In this document: positions 22,814-35,800 of the stretch, piece by piece
Layout of the letters: each line of letters starts with the position of its first letter
Position numbering within the stretch: position 1 is the first letter of the stretch
Assembly (NCBI GenBank): GCA_000708835.1
Contig: DF236961.1
Location: forward strand, 372,001 to 436,000
Source: Klebsormidium nitens
Lineage: Eukaryota > Plantae > Klebsormidiophyceae
Direction of reading: 5' to 3'
DNA length: 64,000 nucleotides
The notes under the pieces: generated by a model
Seen by the model: only the letters and a program-made list of their open reading frames with translations
Told to the model about the DNA's origin: nothing
The model's database searches: none
Made by a program: the position numbers and the translations under genes

Positions 22814-25694
22814 TTAGGACTTTTTAAATACCCCTAGCTGCTTGGCAATCATAGTACCAAGCCAAACAACGGCGGCCCCCTTCATCCAACTCATCAGAAT
22901 CTGCACCTGCTTCTCCACTCTCTCACTAGCGTCTTTGCTCCGCTCGCTCGCAGCCGCGCTCCGCTCGCTTGCCGCCTCGCTGCGCGCGCTCGCCTGCTCA
23001 CTCCGCTCGCTCGCCTCCGCGCTGCGCGCGCTCGCCTNNNNNNNNNNNNNNNNNNNNNNNNNNNNNNNNNNNNNNNNNNNNNNNNNNNNNNNNNNNNNNN
23101 NNNNNNNNNNNNNNNNNNNNNNNNNNNNNNNNNNNNNNNNNNNNNNNNNNNNNNNNNNNNNNNNNNNNNNNNNNNNNNNNNNNNNNNNNNNNNNNNNNNN
23201 NNNNNNNNNNNNNNNNNNNNNNNNNNNNNNNNNNNNNNNNNNNNNNNNNNNNNNNNNNNNNNNNNNNNNNNNNNNNNNNNNNNNNNNNNNNNNNNNNNNN
23301 NNNNNNNNNNNNNGCTCACTCCGCTCGCTCGCCTCCGCGCTGCGCGCGCTCGCCTCCGCGCTTTGTTTACTTGCCGTTGCGCTTTCTTCGGCCTTGTCTG
23401 CAGCGAGCTTCGACGATGAGGCTGCCTCGTTCGCAGTCCTCGCGCTCTCCGTTGTGATTGTAAGCAGACGACTAACGTCTTGTGCGAGTAGATCTGCAGA
23501 GGGGAAAATTCGCTCAACATATCGATTCCGCTTACACAGGAATCAAGGGCACTTGGCAGGCGGCATGTCCATAAACGCCATGCAGCCAACTTCAACGGAC
23601 ATGCCAGAAGAAGAATGCAATCAGATGATTTCTTGATAGCACGTCAACGCCGGGAGCTGCACACTTTCAGCTGATGAGCGGAAACACTTGGTCAGGTAAG
23701 GGACGTTTCTTACGTTCGCAAGATACATATAGGAGGGCCCCCACTTTGTGCAGCGCCGACAGGTTGGGGAATATGTCTGGATGAAGCTCCACCAGCCGAC
23801 GTGCGACAGGCTGACTGTCCCGGTGGAGCGCTAGTGCCGCATATACGATCACCTAGCAATTCAGAACAGAGGCTGACTTAGTACTCAGGTGTGGCCAATT
23901 TGACTGGTTGCGAAATCCGTAACACTGGACCTGATGTGGCAATGAACAGATTCTGTACACTCCAGTTTCTTTCTAACATTGGAATCCATCCATAATCTCT
24001 TCCACTAGACGTCCACAACAATTGATGGGGAGGGCACGAGGCCAATTTGTCTCAATTTGTCACCCAGGATCGGCAGTTGGGATCGACCGATCAGGTCCGA
24101 AACATGTCGGATAGAGTCAGCCAATCCACCGTATCCAGTTCAGCGAACGCATTTTGCAGACTCTATGCATGATTCTGCTTACCTGGGGCGCTGAGAAGGA
24201 GCAGTCGGAAGTGCTCTGCAGGTCGGTCAGGGGCGTGCTGTCAGCTGGGGCGGTGCTCTGTGAACTGGTTGATCGTTGAAGCGCGTCAGGCGGGGGCACG
24301 TGCTGCACGTTGGTTGGCGGGTCAACCGAGGAAGGGTCGACTGGGGGCGCGCTTGGCTGGTCCACACCCATGGATGTTGGGGGGAGATGCTCCGGGCCGC
24401 TGGTTGAAGTGGTTTCCACGTTGGTGATGGAGCTGCTGTTGGGGGCAATTGCTAACCGCGCCCTTTGCAGGGCTACTTGCGCTGCCCGCTCCAACGATGC
24501 AACCTTCTTCGGGATGCCCGCTTCCTCGACGAGGGACGACTCCGCAACCACCAGGCTATTTGTGCCTGGCAGCGCCGAAGGGGTGATCTTGCTGTTTTCG
24601 GACGCTTCAATTGGGGAGTCTTTCGGGGTTTGTGGCTCTGGATTCAGTGGTTCCACAATGTTATCCAGGCCCTGCAAGTACCAGACGTTACACAGCTGTC
24701 AGACTAGAAGGGCATGAAAGCTCCGGAAATGCCAGTTCAGCAGTGAAACAAACTCTGCAGCAGCCACAGCCACCTGCCTGACAGTCATGGACCGTAGTGC
24801 TTTCTCTTGTCCAACGTGCTTCTCAAAGCAAACGGTTTCTTGAAACCGTTTCTGCCACAATCAGCTCTTTACCAAGTGCCAAAAGTACTGCCTCGGCCAT
24901 GCTCAGAAGGACTCAGAGTGAGGAAGACACTCCTATTTACCACCAGGCCTTGTTCCCAGGATCAGGGCAAGAAATACCCCAGACAATCAGGCCTAGTGGT
25001 GAGGAGCAATGTTAACCTTTTCTATCACCATTAAGCCCTTGCTTGGAGCCCCAACAAGCAGAACAACCATGCATACGTGGCTCAGTACGAAGGGTGACAG
25101 CATGAGAAGCCTCCTCTGCGCTCGAAGACTGAAATCAGACACATACACTCGCGGCATTCCCAAAGTTGAGCTCCAGTGGTTGACTTACAACGCGCAATAT
25201 GAGTCCCCTTCTAAAGTGGATACAAGTAGTACTCCGCAGGCAGTTTGACTCACCACCAGCGTGATCGTCAACTTTCCGGGTGATGTTGTCTCTCTTGACC
25301 GTCGTGTGTGGATGTAGAGATCCACTTCCAGGCTTGCATCCACAGCTGGAGCGGCTGCCTTTCCGTCCCCCTTTTCTAAGATAGCTTTTGACAGACTCTG
25401 AAGCGTCATGATGGGGTCCGGCACATTTCCCCTGGCGTGCTCGACCAGGAGGGTCTGCAAGCTGAGCACATTATTCTTGATCTTCTTATCCCTCCCACTA
25501 TGTAACAATGCCCTTGCAATGTCATGCATGTTGGCGAGTGCTGCCTGCGCATCCAACCCATTCACCTGTCGGGCAAAGGACTGTGATGTCACATCTCCTG
25601 CTTCACAAACCTTTACATTGGCCTTCTGTAAATACTGGAGCAAAAGATTCTGTGCTATAAGCTCCTGATACACAGAAATCCCCTCCCGAACCAT
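22814..25694 (-). CDS. Uncharacterised protein with a Ser/Pro-rich linker, A/S/E/R heptad repeats and a C-terminal hydrophobic helix
   Basis: Exons 25694-25254, 24671-24182, 23852-23714 and 23493-22814, plus a possible exon near 25128-25017 whose phase was not resolved. The last exon reads ...SKQSAEASARSAEASERSE(N gap)...[54 protein letters not shown]. Confidence 0.6.
22935..23362 (-). repeat. Coding 21/42-bp tandem repeat interrupted by an assembly gap (N 23038-23313)
   Basis: gctcactccgctcgctcgcctccgcgctgcgcgcgctcgcct occurs on both sides of the gap and encodes ASARSAEASERSEQ on the minus strand. Confidence 0.85.
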
Positions 25695-26790
25695 GACGGT
25701 GGTCAAAATGCTGTTCTACTGATCTAGATCTGGAACTAGCAAGCCGCAAATGCCGCGGACGGCGCAAGAGAGATGTCCTCTTATCTCTCAAGTTAAGGAG
25801 ATTGACGGTTGTCAGCGAATAGGGTTCCAGTTCCGCACCTTCACTTTATGTGCAAAGGTTTGCCACCTTTGTTTACGTTCGAAGCCGCCATTCTGACCGT
25901 GTTGACTTGCAAGAATCCGTTTGCTGTGGGTACTAGGACTACCTAAGGCTGCACACTGCACAGCGTTGTCCTTCTTTTTGCACGAGATTCATGCGAGCCT
26001 CAAGTACCGGATATACGGTGTCAGACTCAGAGTCAGAGTCAGAGCAGTGAGAGCACTCGTGAACGCGTACAGCTGCAGCTAGGCTCAATGGTGCGACACG
26101 TACCCTGCACGATCAGTGACGTCACCGCAAAGGTGGGGAGTCATGGCCGTCGATTTGCGGCCATCGCAGGCAAGGGAGGGTCTCGATCTCGATTGGCGGT
26201 CGTGACGTCAGGAACCAAACGCTCCTGAACAGGCAAACCGACAAATTAGGGGCGCATGACCGCCCGACGTCTGCGTCGGTCTTGTCGGACGCCGGCCCGC
26301 TAGTAGTTCTTAGACCCACTTCGGACGGTCACGTCGAGTTCAGTGCTGGCACCGACGGTGAACGTACTGAACAAGCAAGTTCGGTCACACCGACTGACTC
26401 ACAGCGTCCGCAAACTCGGTTTACAGTATCGAACTATCGACATCGGAATACTGTGGGCCGGGTGGTATAGGACTACAGCGTAACACATTCGACCGCGAAT
26501 TCTTGGATTCTGCCGCGAAAATCTGAGTGACTGGGGCCCAGGGTCTCCATATAAGTTTTTGTCCCGGCCAGCCAGCTGCCGGCACCCTCCCGGTTCTTCC
26601 AGCTGAGAGTCGGTGTTTGAGGCTACCGGCCAGCTGGGCCCACTATGTACCTGCAGTTTCTGCCAGCTACACAGCAGGCGGGGTGCCTTCGGCACCAGCC
26701 GGGGCCCTTACCCGGCCAGCCAGGTCTGCCCCATGCTGCCGGCTGTGGGAAACCCTGCACTGCCGGGCTGTTAGTGGCGCAAAACTATCA

Positions 26791-27316
26791 AAGTAGACTC
26801 CTTTTGTTAGTGTCTCCGCCACTCGATCGGTGTGAATCACTCTCAACCCACCTGGAAGCACCTGAAGTGTGACAAATGTTGCAATCTGTCAGTGGTTACG
26901 AGAGTGGTTACAACGTTGACAACGAGACTAACATCGACATCGACATTGACATCGACATCGCCATTGACCCCGGGCACTTACTGTGACATTAGGGTTACGT
27001 TGCAAACCTGTGACGGTTCACGCCAATCGACGAGCGCTTTGTTAGGGTTACGCCATTTCCAAGTGACATTAGGGTTACTCACTGACAGTGACAACCGGGC
27101 AGAGCTCTTTTGGTTTTAGTGTTGTGACCCGGTTCCATCCGTACTAGAAACCGTACCGCAAGTGTACGGTACAACTTGACATTCTGACACAGTTTTGTTC
27201 AAAAGACCTGATCTGCCAGTACGGTCCACGCGGATAGCCTGTGAACCAATGATCCCGCGTGTAAGATGTATTCACACGTTTTTGGAGCCTGAGACACTAA
27301 CAAAAGGAGTCTACTT
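26791..27316. mobile_element. Inverted-repeat-bounded element (MITE-like) with internal short repeats
   Basis: A perfect 26-bp inverted repeat (aagtagactccttttgttagtgtctc) at 26791-26816 and 27291-27316, internal ACATCG/ACATTG repeats and three TTAGGGTTA motifs. No TSD found. Confidence 0.65.
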
Positions 27317-27834
27317 CGTCGTACTAGCGTCAGTGGCAGGTTCAAGTGGTTTCTTGCACAATGATGCAATGGCTTCCTATGCAAACTCTCATGCATCATT
27401 TATCACAGCCCTTGTGCAATACCTATATAAAGTTCTTTTCAGGGCAATTGCCGTCTCTCTCAGAAGCAATTGGTCAGTGCAATCTGTTCTGAGTCAGGGA
27501 CTATGCCCATATCATTCAGCATCTTTCTGAATCTTTCAGCATGCTGTAATCTATATCTAGAGAACATCGTCCCATTCTATTTTAATTCTGACCCATGCAA
27601 GCCTTATCATTCTGAAGTAATGTCTCAGTTGCACACCACCGGCCCCTAAAATGTACTAATGACACGTTCTTACTCACTCGATCACTCACGTTAGTATGCA
27701 CTATTGAATTAAGATTGTAAGATGCTATATGGTCGACCTTCGTGAAGAAGGGGGCTCGAAGGGGGTTCCAAGTATGTCACTTACTTTGAGAGCGTCAAAA
27801 GGGGTTTTGAGTGGGTTATTTGGATTTGCTACAA

Positions 27835-28100
27835 AAATGCACAACCCCTACTGCTCGAATTTGCAAGGTTAGGACGGGGTCTCATAAGCTGGCGGTTGAA
27901 ACTGGTCGTTGGCATGGGGTAGCCCGAGCAGATAGATTGTGCCAAGTTTGTAAATGCAGCTGCATTGAAGACGAGTCACACTTTCTGTTTGATTGTGATG
28001 CATATGGAGACATTAGGCTTCAATTTAGGCATCTTTTTACAAAATCTCGTAGCAAGGACCTAGGCGACTTTCTCAATTCCGAAGATCAATTCTCCGTAGC
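27835..28100 (+). mobile_element. Non-LTR retrotransposon (LINE) ORF2 C-terminal fragment
   Basis: RTGSHKLAVETGRW...RLCQVC...IEDESHFLFDCDAY..IR is the Cys/His-containing tail typical of LINE ORF2 3' ends. No RT domain is present. Confidence 0.8.
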
Positions 28101-28721
28101 TAGGCATCGTGTCAAAACATCTGTGCAAGGGCGTCCGGAACTCCGAAAAATAAACCGGCCACCAGGGGGGTAACAAACGAAAATTGACCCAAAAAACACC
28201 GGCCACCAGGGGTACCCAAGTTCCGACTCGATGTAAACCTGGTTTAAAGGGATATAAGGGGATGGAGCGAGTGCAATATCTGCTTGGTAATTGTCGAAAC
28301 ATGACCAGAGGTTTTCAGGTGCTTCTCTTCGGTTCGGCCCCGCAATCAACTTATAAAAGGCAAAAGAGAGCACTATTACCTAAATGCATCTGGATTTGAG
28401 TTGTGTGGTGATATCTGTGCCAAAACATTTGGTTCGAGACTGGTCGGTTGATGTGGCCTCGTAACCTCCAGCCTCTTGCAAGGGGCTGACAGGCTCAAGA
28501 CAACACATACGCGGCTGATTAGTCGCTAGCTTATAAGCGGAATTCCGCTTCGATTCTTGGAATAATGGAACATTTATCAGAAAATTCAGCCGGGCACCGG
28601 CCACCAGCCCCCTCGACTCATCTTGACGGTGCTCCGAGAACCGGCCACCAGCCCCTCCAGATAAATTGCGAAAACCGGAGTTCCGGACGCCACTGCACCT
28701 ATGTTTTGACATGATGCCCTA
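28101..28721. mobile_element. Non-autonomous DNA transposon with TAGG(G)-starting TIRs (hAT-like termini)
   Basis: Imperfect TIRs of about 45 bp: taggcatcgtgtcaaaacatctgtgcaagggcgtccggaactccg on the left and the reverse complement of 28676-28721 on the right. Subterminal ccggccacc repeats are present; no intact 8-bp TSD. Confidence 0.7.
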
Positions 28722-29889
28722 TGATACATTCATTGGAGCATAAAGAGAAGGAAGGAGAAAGTAGGCTAGCTGAACTCTTGTAGAACAGTCCACTAGGCCT
28801 GTTGTGGCCCCAAACGGACTTTAATGAATCATTCATTCATTCATATCGACAAGATTCAAGCCTGCGCCGCGGCTGCAAGATGCATGTACGGCAATTAAGT
28901 TGTTTACTAGCTCTTACACAGTGACATGGCGATCGATCTCTTCAATGCATATTAACGCCCTAAGTTTGGGCACGATGGCGCCAGGCCATGAACAACAATC
29001 GCCACCGACTCAACGGAGCACTGACCAAATACATGCATGCATGCATACATACATACCGTACTGCCGTATGTATTAGTATGTTGTTCTATAAAAACATCAT
29101 ACTTACTTGGTACCACGGTACTAATACTATGTGTACAGGCAAGCAAAGCTCGGATGTATCACAAGTGAAAGTAAGCCTGAATGATAGTCGGACACGCTTG
29201 CATGGTCTTATCTTGGATGTGCTCAGACAATGAGTCATAGCGGTCATTGATAGTGACCAACAACAGAGCCTCACCGCACTAGCAACAGGTTTAACCAATT
29301 GCCAAGATGAATATACTCTACACGATTATGCAGAACTGTACAATTCAAAGCTCTAAAGATTTTCAAGGGACACTAGAACTATTGAATAGACTGAACACAT
29401 AAGATAACATTCGATCTAGGGTTTAGCCTGGGCCGCGCTGTCTCAGTTTCCTAGTACATTTGCAGCTTTAGAATTTGTGGTCACCAGCACGATATATCCT
29501 CTTCATGACGGAAATGCGCTCGAAGGGCCACGTTGCCTAAACAGGCTCACTCCTTTTTTAAAAATTTGGTTGGAGACAGTGGAGGATGTCGTCAACGACA
29601 ACCGTACTACCATATGACTAGAACTGAAAACCGACCTGCCAATAGCACACCAAACAAAGCTGCACGCATGCAAACCCCATTCCTCCAGCCCTATACGTAG
29701 GTCGGATGAAACGACAAACCGCCCAGATGCAAGAATCCTAAACGAACCCCTGTGTATCTCTTGAAACAAGAATGGCTTCTGCCTTGTGTGGTCACACCTT
29801 GTAAACGTGCACTCCATCCGCATTCAATCCTCATCTGGCTACTATTACCCGTTCTAAGGTTAAAAACCAACGCGCTTTATGCTTACACA

Positions 29890-32800
29890 TTAAGGGGGGT
29901 CGCTCTCCCTAAAGCTTGTCCCCCCTGGGGCCGCAGTTAACCGGTCCGCCTGCGCGGCGCCCAAATCTAGCTGAATCCCATTTCCGATCGTCATCACATT
30001 CTCCATCTTTGCGGAACCCGTCGGCTCGCCGTCGCCGAGCGCTATCCCGTTCAGCCCGGGCATTGCGGCCCCATTCACGGACTCCTCTCGCGGGGGGGTT
30101 GCGACGGGGGCGGAATCGGCCCCCCCGGAGGACGCGTCGTCGAAAAGCGAACCCCAAGCGGAAGTCACCGCCTCTTCGGTGGAGACTGGCGCCTCGGGTA
30201 GCTTCTCCCCGATCAGATCCGCCCACACGTTCGCAACCGCGGCCGCGTTCGGGTCCTTAAATCCTGTAAAGGGTTTTAGCGGCCGGGGCGCGCCGACCAT
30301 GTAGAATGGCCGCGTTCTATCGATGAGCGAATCGAGCTTCGCGAGTGCCTTCACCTGCAGGCAGATGATACAGCTTTTATAACAACGGCTAAGCCCAAGA
30401 AACGCAACTCTGAGGTGGTTGCATCTTACGACTAAGTTCAGCGGTCGGGTGTGCTTTCAACTCAAGCTGTGCCAGAGGTTTTTGAAACCGACTGTAAACG
30501 AAGGAGTGTCAACGTAATCTGCAAAGGCCGACGGCGTCATAAACCGCCGGCGAGATGGGGCAGCTAAAGAGGCCGTACGCATTCATTTGAACAATCTCAA
30601 CTCGTGAGTCTATGCCTTTTAGAAGCAATTTACAGCCCTTTAAACTCGAGAGGCCACCAGAGAGCCCGACCGTGTTATTATTCACGCAGGCCCTGCACAC
30701 GGTTCCGACACTGTATCAACGTACACGGTCCTCGGGCAGATTACACACCTGCGTCTGGTTGGTCATGAGATCCAAGATCTCGTCCCGCCATTGGACGACT
30801 CCCTCGTCCATAACTTGCATCTCGATGACCTCATCGGCGGTCAGCGGCCGCCGCTCGTTGTCGTTCAGGACGGATAGCGTGTAGTCGAGAGAAGTGATGC
30901 CGTCCTCGATAGCGGTCAGCACCTCTTCCGGGGTACTTGGCATCCGGTCAGCAACAGGCTTATAGTCTGCAGCAAGAATGTGGAGTCTTAGAAAAGCTTC
31001 GCGAGAGACACTTCGAGGGGATTTGTCGAGGAAAGTGATGCCATTCTCGATAGCCATAGGACTTCCTCCGGGCTGCTCGGCATACCGTCCGCGACTTGCT
31101 TGTAGCCTGCGCATAGAAACCGGGGAATGTTCCATTTCGTGACAGATACAGCGTTTGGATCAGTAGATTCGAGGGACTTAGACGAGTCAAGATGCCGTCC
31201 TCGATAGCAAAAAGGACCTCTTCTGGGGTGCTCGGCAGAAGGTCCCAACAGGCTTAGGATGCACGCAAAGGAGTCGGAATCAATATGCTTTACACCGACA
31301 CGGCCTTTGGAAGCTGCATCCGAGCGCACCATTGCACGGGAGATTGAAGGCAAGAGCTTTCGGAGAAGTGGAGTCCAAGAGCCTGATGTTGAGCGGCAAA
31401 AGCTAAGGTCCAATCAACTTTTCGGCTGGCAAAGAATCCAAACTCGACGTTTTGAGGGCTTGTACCAGAGGTGTTTCGAGTGATGGCTTCGATTGAGCGC
31501 ACCAGAAATACTACATTCAACCGTATGGCAATGACAAGAGCTCGTATAAGCCTAGCTGAAACACTCTTCTTTCGGGCCTCGCTCGCACTAATCTCAAACA
31601 ATAACCAAAAAACGGCTTCAAACGACTGCTTCAGCTGAGCGCAGCCGAATGCCCCAGACTCAATCTGGCAACCACGAGAGCTCAACATATAAGCCCAGCT
31701 AAGATGACGCACCGTCGTAATGAAGCGCCTCAGTCGCACTCATCCCAAGAAACCAAAGAACGGCTGAAACAAACGTCTCCCATGAGCGCGACAAAAAGAT
31801 ACTATCTGCAAGCAAACGCAAGAGCTCGTAGTTCAACCTAACTCAAAGGGACACCCCACGTACAACCGCGAATAGCTTACCCTCGTCTCCAAACACGAGC
31901 GCTCATGCCTCAACCTCGTTAAAAACAGGAATCAACGTTCAGCAACGAACAACTCACCGTCGTCTTCGGTGCCATCACGTGCGGCCTCGTACGCCCGCAA
32001 CGCATCGAGGTAGTCCCGGTCACGGACCACCTCGATGCGTCCGGTTTTGATAAGCTCGTCGATCCGAGAGATCGCACCCGATAGGCTCTCCATCACGTCG
32101 AAAGCGCCCGGGAGGATCGTGTCGCCCCGGGCCTTCATCTCCTCGGCGTTCCTACAAAGGAAATCAGTTTTGAGATTGCAAGATCGAGTCATATCTTCAA
32201 AACCTTGGGCATCCTTAGAAGCAAACAGTCGAAACTCGCAGAAGAGTGAGAGCAGAAGCTTGAAGAGGGTTGTAGGGAAAACGAGCCAGGGCATGATAAG
32301 AAAGATTGTGACAGACCATCCCGGACTCAAGATAGTGAAGATATTAGGATTTCATTGCATTGGCTTGTGGCGTGCACAAAAAAAGCCCCCCTGGCCAAGC
32401 ACGAGTCCTTGAAAGTGCGCTTTATCAGCCACCTCGGACCACCGTCAGCAGGGATACAAGACGCGGAACCTCATAGAAAGACTGCACTGACATAAAAACT
32501 TGAAGACAATTTGTAGACTTGTCTAGAAACACACAGATTGGAGAAGCGCAAAAAACCGCGCATCCTTACTCAATCATGTCCCGGTACGTCTGCTCCATTT
32601 CCGCCACCTCCGATTCCGCCAGCGGCTTCCTGAGGTACGGCACCGGAAGCCCCTCGTCCGCACGTAAGCCCTCCTCTAGATCCTCACGGATCTTTTGGAT
32701 CGTCACCCCGATGTCCCGATAGTCCTGCTCGCTCAGGGGCTGGCCTGCGGGGCGATCGCCGGCGGGGCGCAAACCTGCATAAAAATCAAACAGAATCAAA

Positions 32801-35800
32801 TAAGCATTCACTAATATTCCGACATCAACATTGCTGACTGTCTCAATCGTCACCGCAACATCGCGATGGTCCTGCTCGCTCGAAGGCTGCCCCCACCTGT
32901 CGCCCGGGGTGCGGGGCACACAAAGCTGTACTGAAGATCTTTGAAAGGAAGAAAATCTCTAACTTCAAGATAACCGACAATGTCAGGTGCGCATAAAATT
33001 CTGGTCCGTGTATGATTCTTCTAGATCGCTTTTGCGAACCCCGGTGATCCTGTTTATTCAGTGGCTGGCCCGCCTGGTCGCCTGCAAGAGGCAAACCTAA
33101 ACGGAAAATGAGATACAGATGTGAATCTGAAGTTACTCTCAAAAACGCCAGATTTTCAACGCTTACATGTCCAAAGAGGCACCGTATTTCTTGCAAGCGC
33201 ATGGTCGAAGCACACTCCAACTCCGCTGCCCCGTCCCCACCTCGACCATTTGTTTTCTCAAAGCGCTTGAAATTTGAAGAGAAGAACCACCTCTCGATCC
33301 GGCAACTTGGAATCCTGTTCATATTCCGAACCCCAAGATTCCCGCAACCCCTGCGAATCTTAAGACCCCTTTTGGAAAAAACCATGCATCAATCAAACGC
33401 ATCCTCACTCACCCAAGCTCCTCTCAAAGTCCGCAAACTCCTCCTCAATCTGGTCCTCGAACGCCTCGATGACGCGCTCCCCCTCTTCCAGCATCCGCTC
33501 CGCTTCAGGGTCGCGGCCAAACCGGTTAAGCCGGTCCTGCCAGACGGAGGGCCGTCCGTTCTGCATCGGACGGCTCGGGTTTGATCAGATCAACGTGACC
33601 GGATGGGGATACCAGCAGATGCTGCTGTCTGCCACCCAGGCTGATTAGTGGGCCATTCTCTTAATCAGCAAAAATAACATGTAATGAAACAAAGGCCCAA
33701 AAACGGAAAAGCGGAGAGGCTTGAGGGGGCGGCAGTCCCCCCGGTTTAAAGGTGAAAAGGGGGTCGGAACAAGGAACCGTTTGCGTCTGAGCAGCTTCAG
33801 TCGCTATTGGACCACCGTAAGAATCCATGTTTAAAGGAATCGGACGGCTTGCTCCGTCGAGATTGCTAACAACTCAAACCAAGGCTAACTCTTGGAAGTA
33901 GGTACTGCTTACGTCTTTTCTGCTGTTGCTCCAGGTGCTGCTGAACCGTCTAATGCATCTTTGTAGTTGACTCAAAGTCCAAGAATCGGAAGCTGAAGGA
34001 AACCGCTACTTCCGCAGCATGACATAAAAACGCTCGCGCATCAAGCCCTTCCTGCTGCGCCGTACAGGCACAATTTTACAATCATTCCCGCTTCTGCCAC
34101 AACCTCTTCGAACTCCGTACACTTTCATAATCTTCGACAGTCTGATCGTAAAGTCCCAGGTCTCATCACACTTGCTCCGCCACCCTGACTCTTCTCGTCC
34201 TTTGCATTCGTTTCCGGTTCTGCTTTTGCTCCTTTGATCTGAACCTGCCAATCGTCAATCTTATAAAAGTGTGCGTTTAGCCGTGAGGACCAAGTTCTGT
34301 CTCACCTGCTCTGCCGACCTGCGCTCCCCCACCCACGCCTCCTGACTGCCTTAAAATCGGTTTCCGTTTCTGCTTTTGCTTCTTTTACTTGAATCCGCAA
34401 ATTGCACTCTTGGAAACAAAGTGTGCTTTCAATCGTGAGGTTTTAAAGTCTCACCTGCTCTGCCGACCTGCGCTCCGCCGCCCACGCCTCCTGGTTCCTG
34501 CGGTACTCGTCCTTCTTCTCCTCCAGCTCCTGCCGCATCTGCTCCGCCTGCCCGTACATCTGCAACGAAGTGACGTCAGCAGGACGTCAGCGACTAGGTG
34601 AGGTCAGTGCTCGACGTTCTGCGGCTGATTGCAGTCAGGCTGCCAAACGTTCTACTTCTTGCTTACTTTCCTGGAATGAGCGAGTCTGATCTATCCCCAC
34701 TTCGTCTCAGCAGGAGCTTCTGCTCGGCAATGCATTGGTGTGCGCATCTACTAGCCGCTCTGCTAAAAGCAGACAAAGCCTATTTACTAATGATGTGGGC
34801 AGTCTGTCTCGGTATGCCCCCCTCTCCGACTCAACAGCAGCCCCTGCTCAGCAAAGCTTACGCCTTATGCAGGGGGTCAACTACGCACCAGTAACCGACC
34901 CGACTATCGTTTCAAGGGCCAGAAATCCGCCATAGCCTTCAGCCTTGTCGAGCCTCAACCTTGATCAGAGGCTGCTTACATTCAGGCTTTTAAGCACCCT
35001 GTAACACATAGTTAGGGGGCCAGCTTGTACCCTTAAAACCACCCCCCCGGTTTCAACTCACCAGCAGCTTCTGCTCCGCGATCTTTTGTCGCAGCTCCTC
35101 CTCGCTCTCCACGTCATCGAACACGCCCGGCTGCAGCGGGAGGTCAGGGAAACGTGGCAGGTCGCCCATTCGCCACGTGGCCTCCAGCATGGCTTCCTGA
35201 CTCTTGTAGCTCGCCTCCTGGAGCGTCCGCCCGATGAACGCCTGGAGCTCGGAAGGGGTGGGGGCCGGCGCGTCGGGGGTCTTAGGGACCACTTCGTCGT
35301 TTACTAGGGTGTACTCGCCAGCATCCTGCCAAAAACAAAAACACCAAATTTCTTTTCAGCTGTTATGATCAGTCCGTAATCTGGCGCGTCGGGAGACTTG
35401 GGGACCACTTCGTCGTTCACTAGGGTGTACTCGCCAGCATCCTGCCAAAAAGGAAAGACCAATCATAAGATCATTAGTTATGTTCAGTTCGTAATCTGGC
35501 ATGTGGGAAGTCTTGGGGACTACTTGGTTGTTCACTAGGTGTACTCGCCGGTTTCCTGCAAAGAGTCCAAGTCTTCCTTAAGCTCCCAATAAACGTCTCA
35601 TAATTTTGCGTGTCAGGAGCCTTCGGGATCGTTCACTGGTGTGGAGTCGCCCTTATTTACGATATCTCCAAGTCTGGCTCGTTTTCCTGATGTCTAGCTG
35701 AAGCCGAAGAAGTTGTTGGGTAACGGCCAGAGCCGGGGGTCAAAGGGGTCAGGGCCGGCGTGTCAAGAGTTTCTGGGAACACGCAGGTTATTAGTCGGGG

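Noticed and set aside
22842-23636. Plus-strand Ala/Leu/Arg/Ser ORF across the gap
   Set aside because: It is the antisense shadow of the minus-strand heptad exon, which has splice sites and a TM tail.
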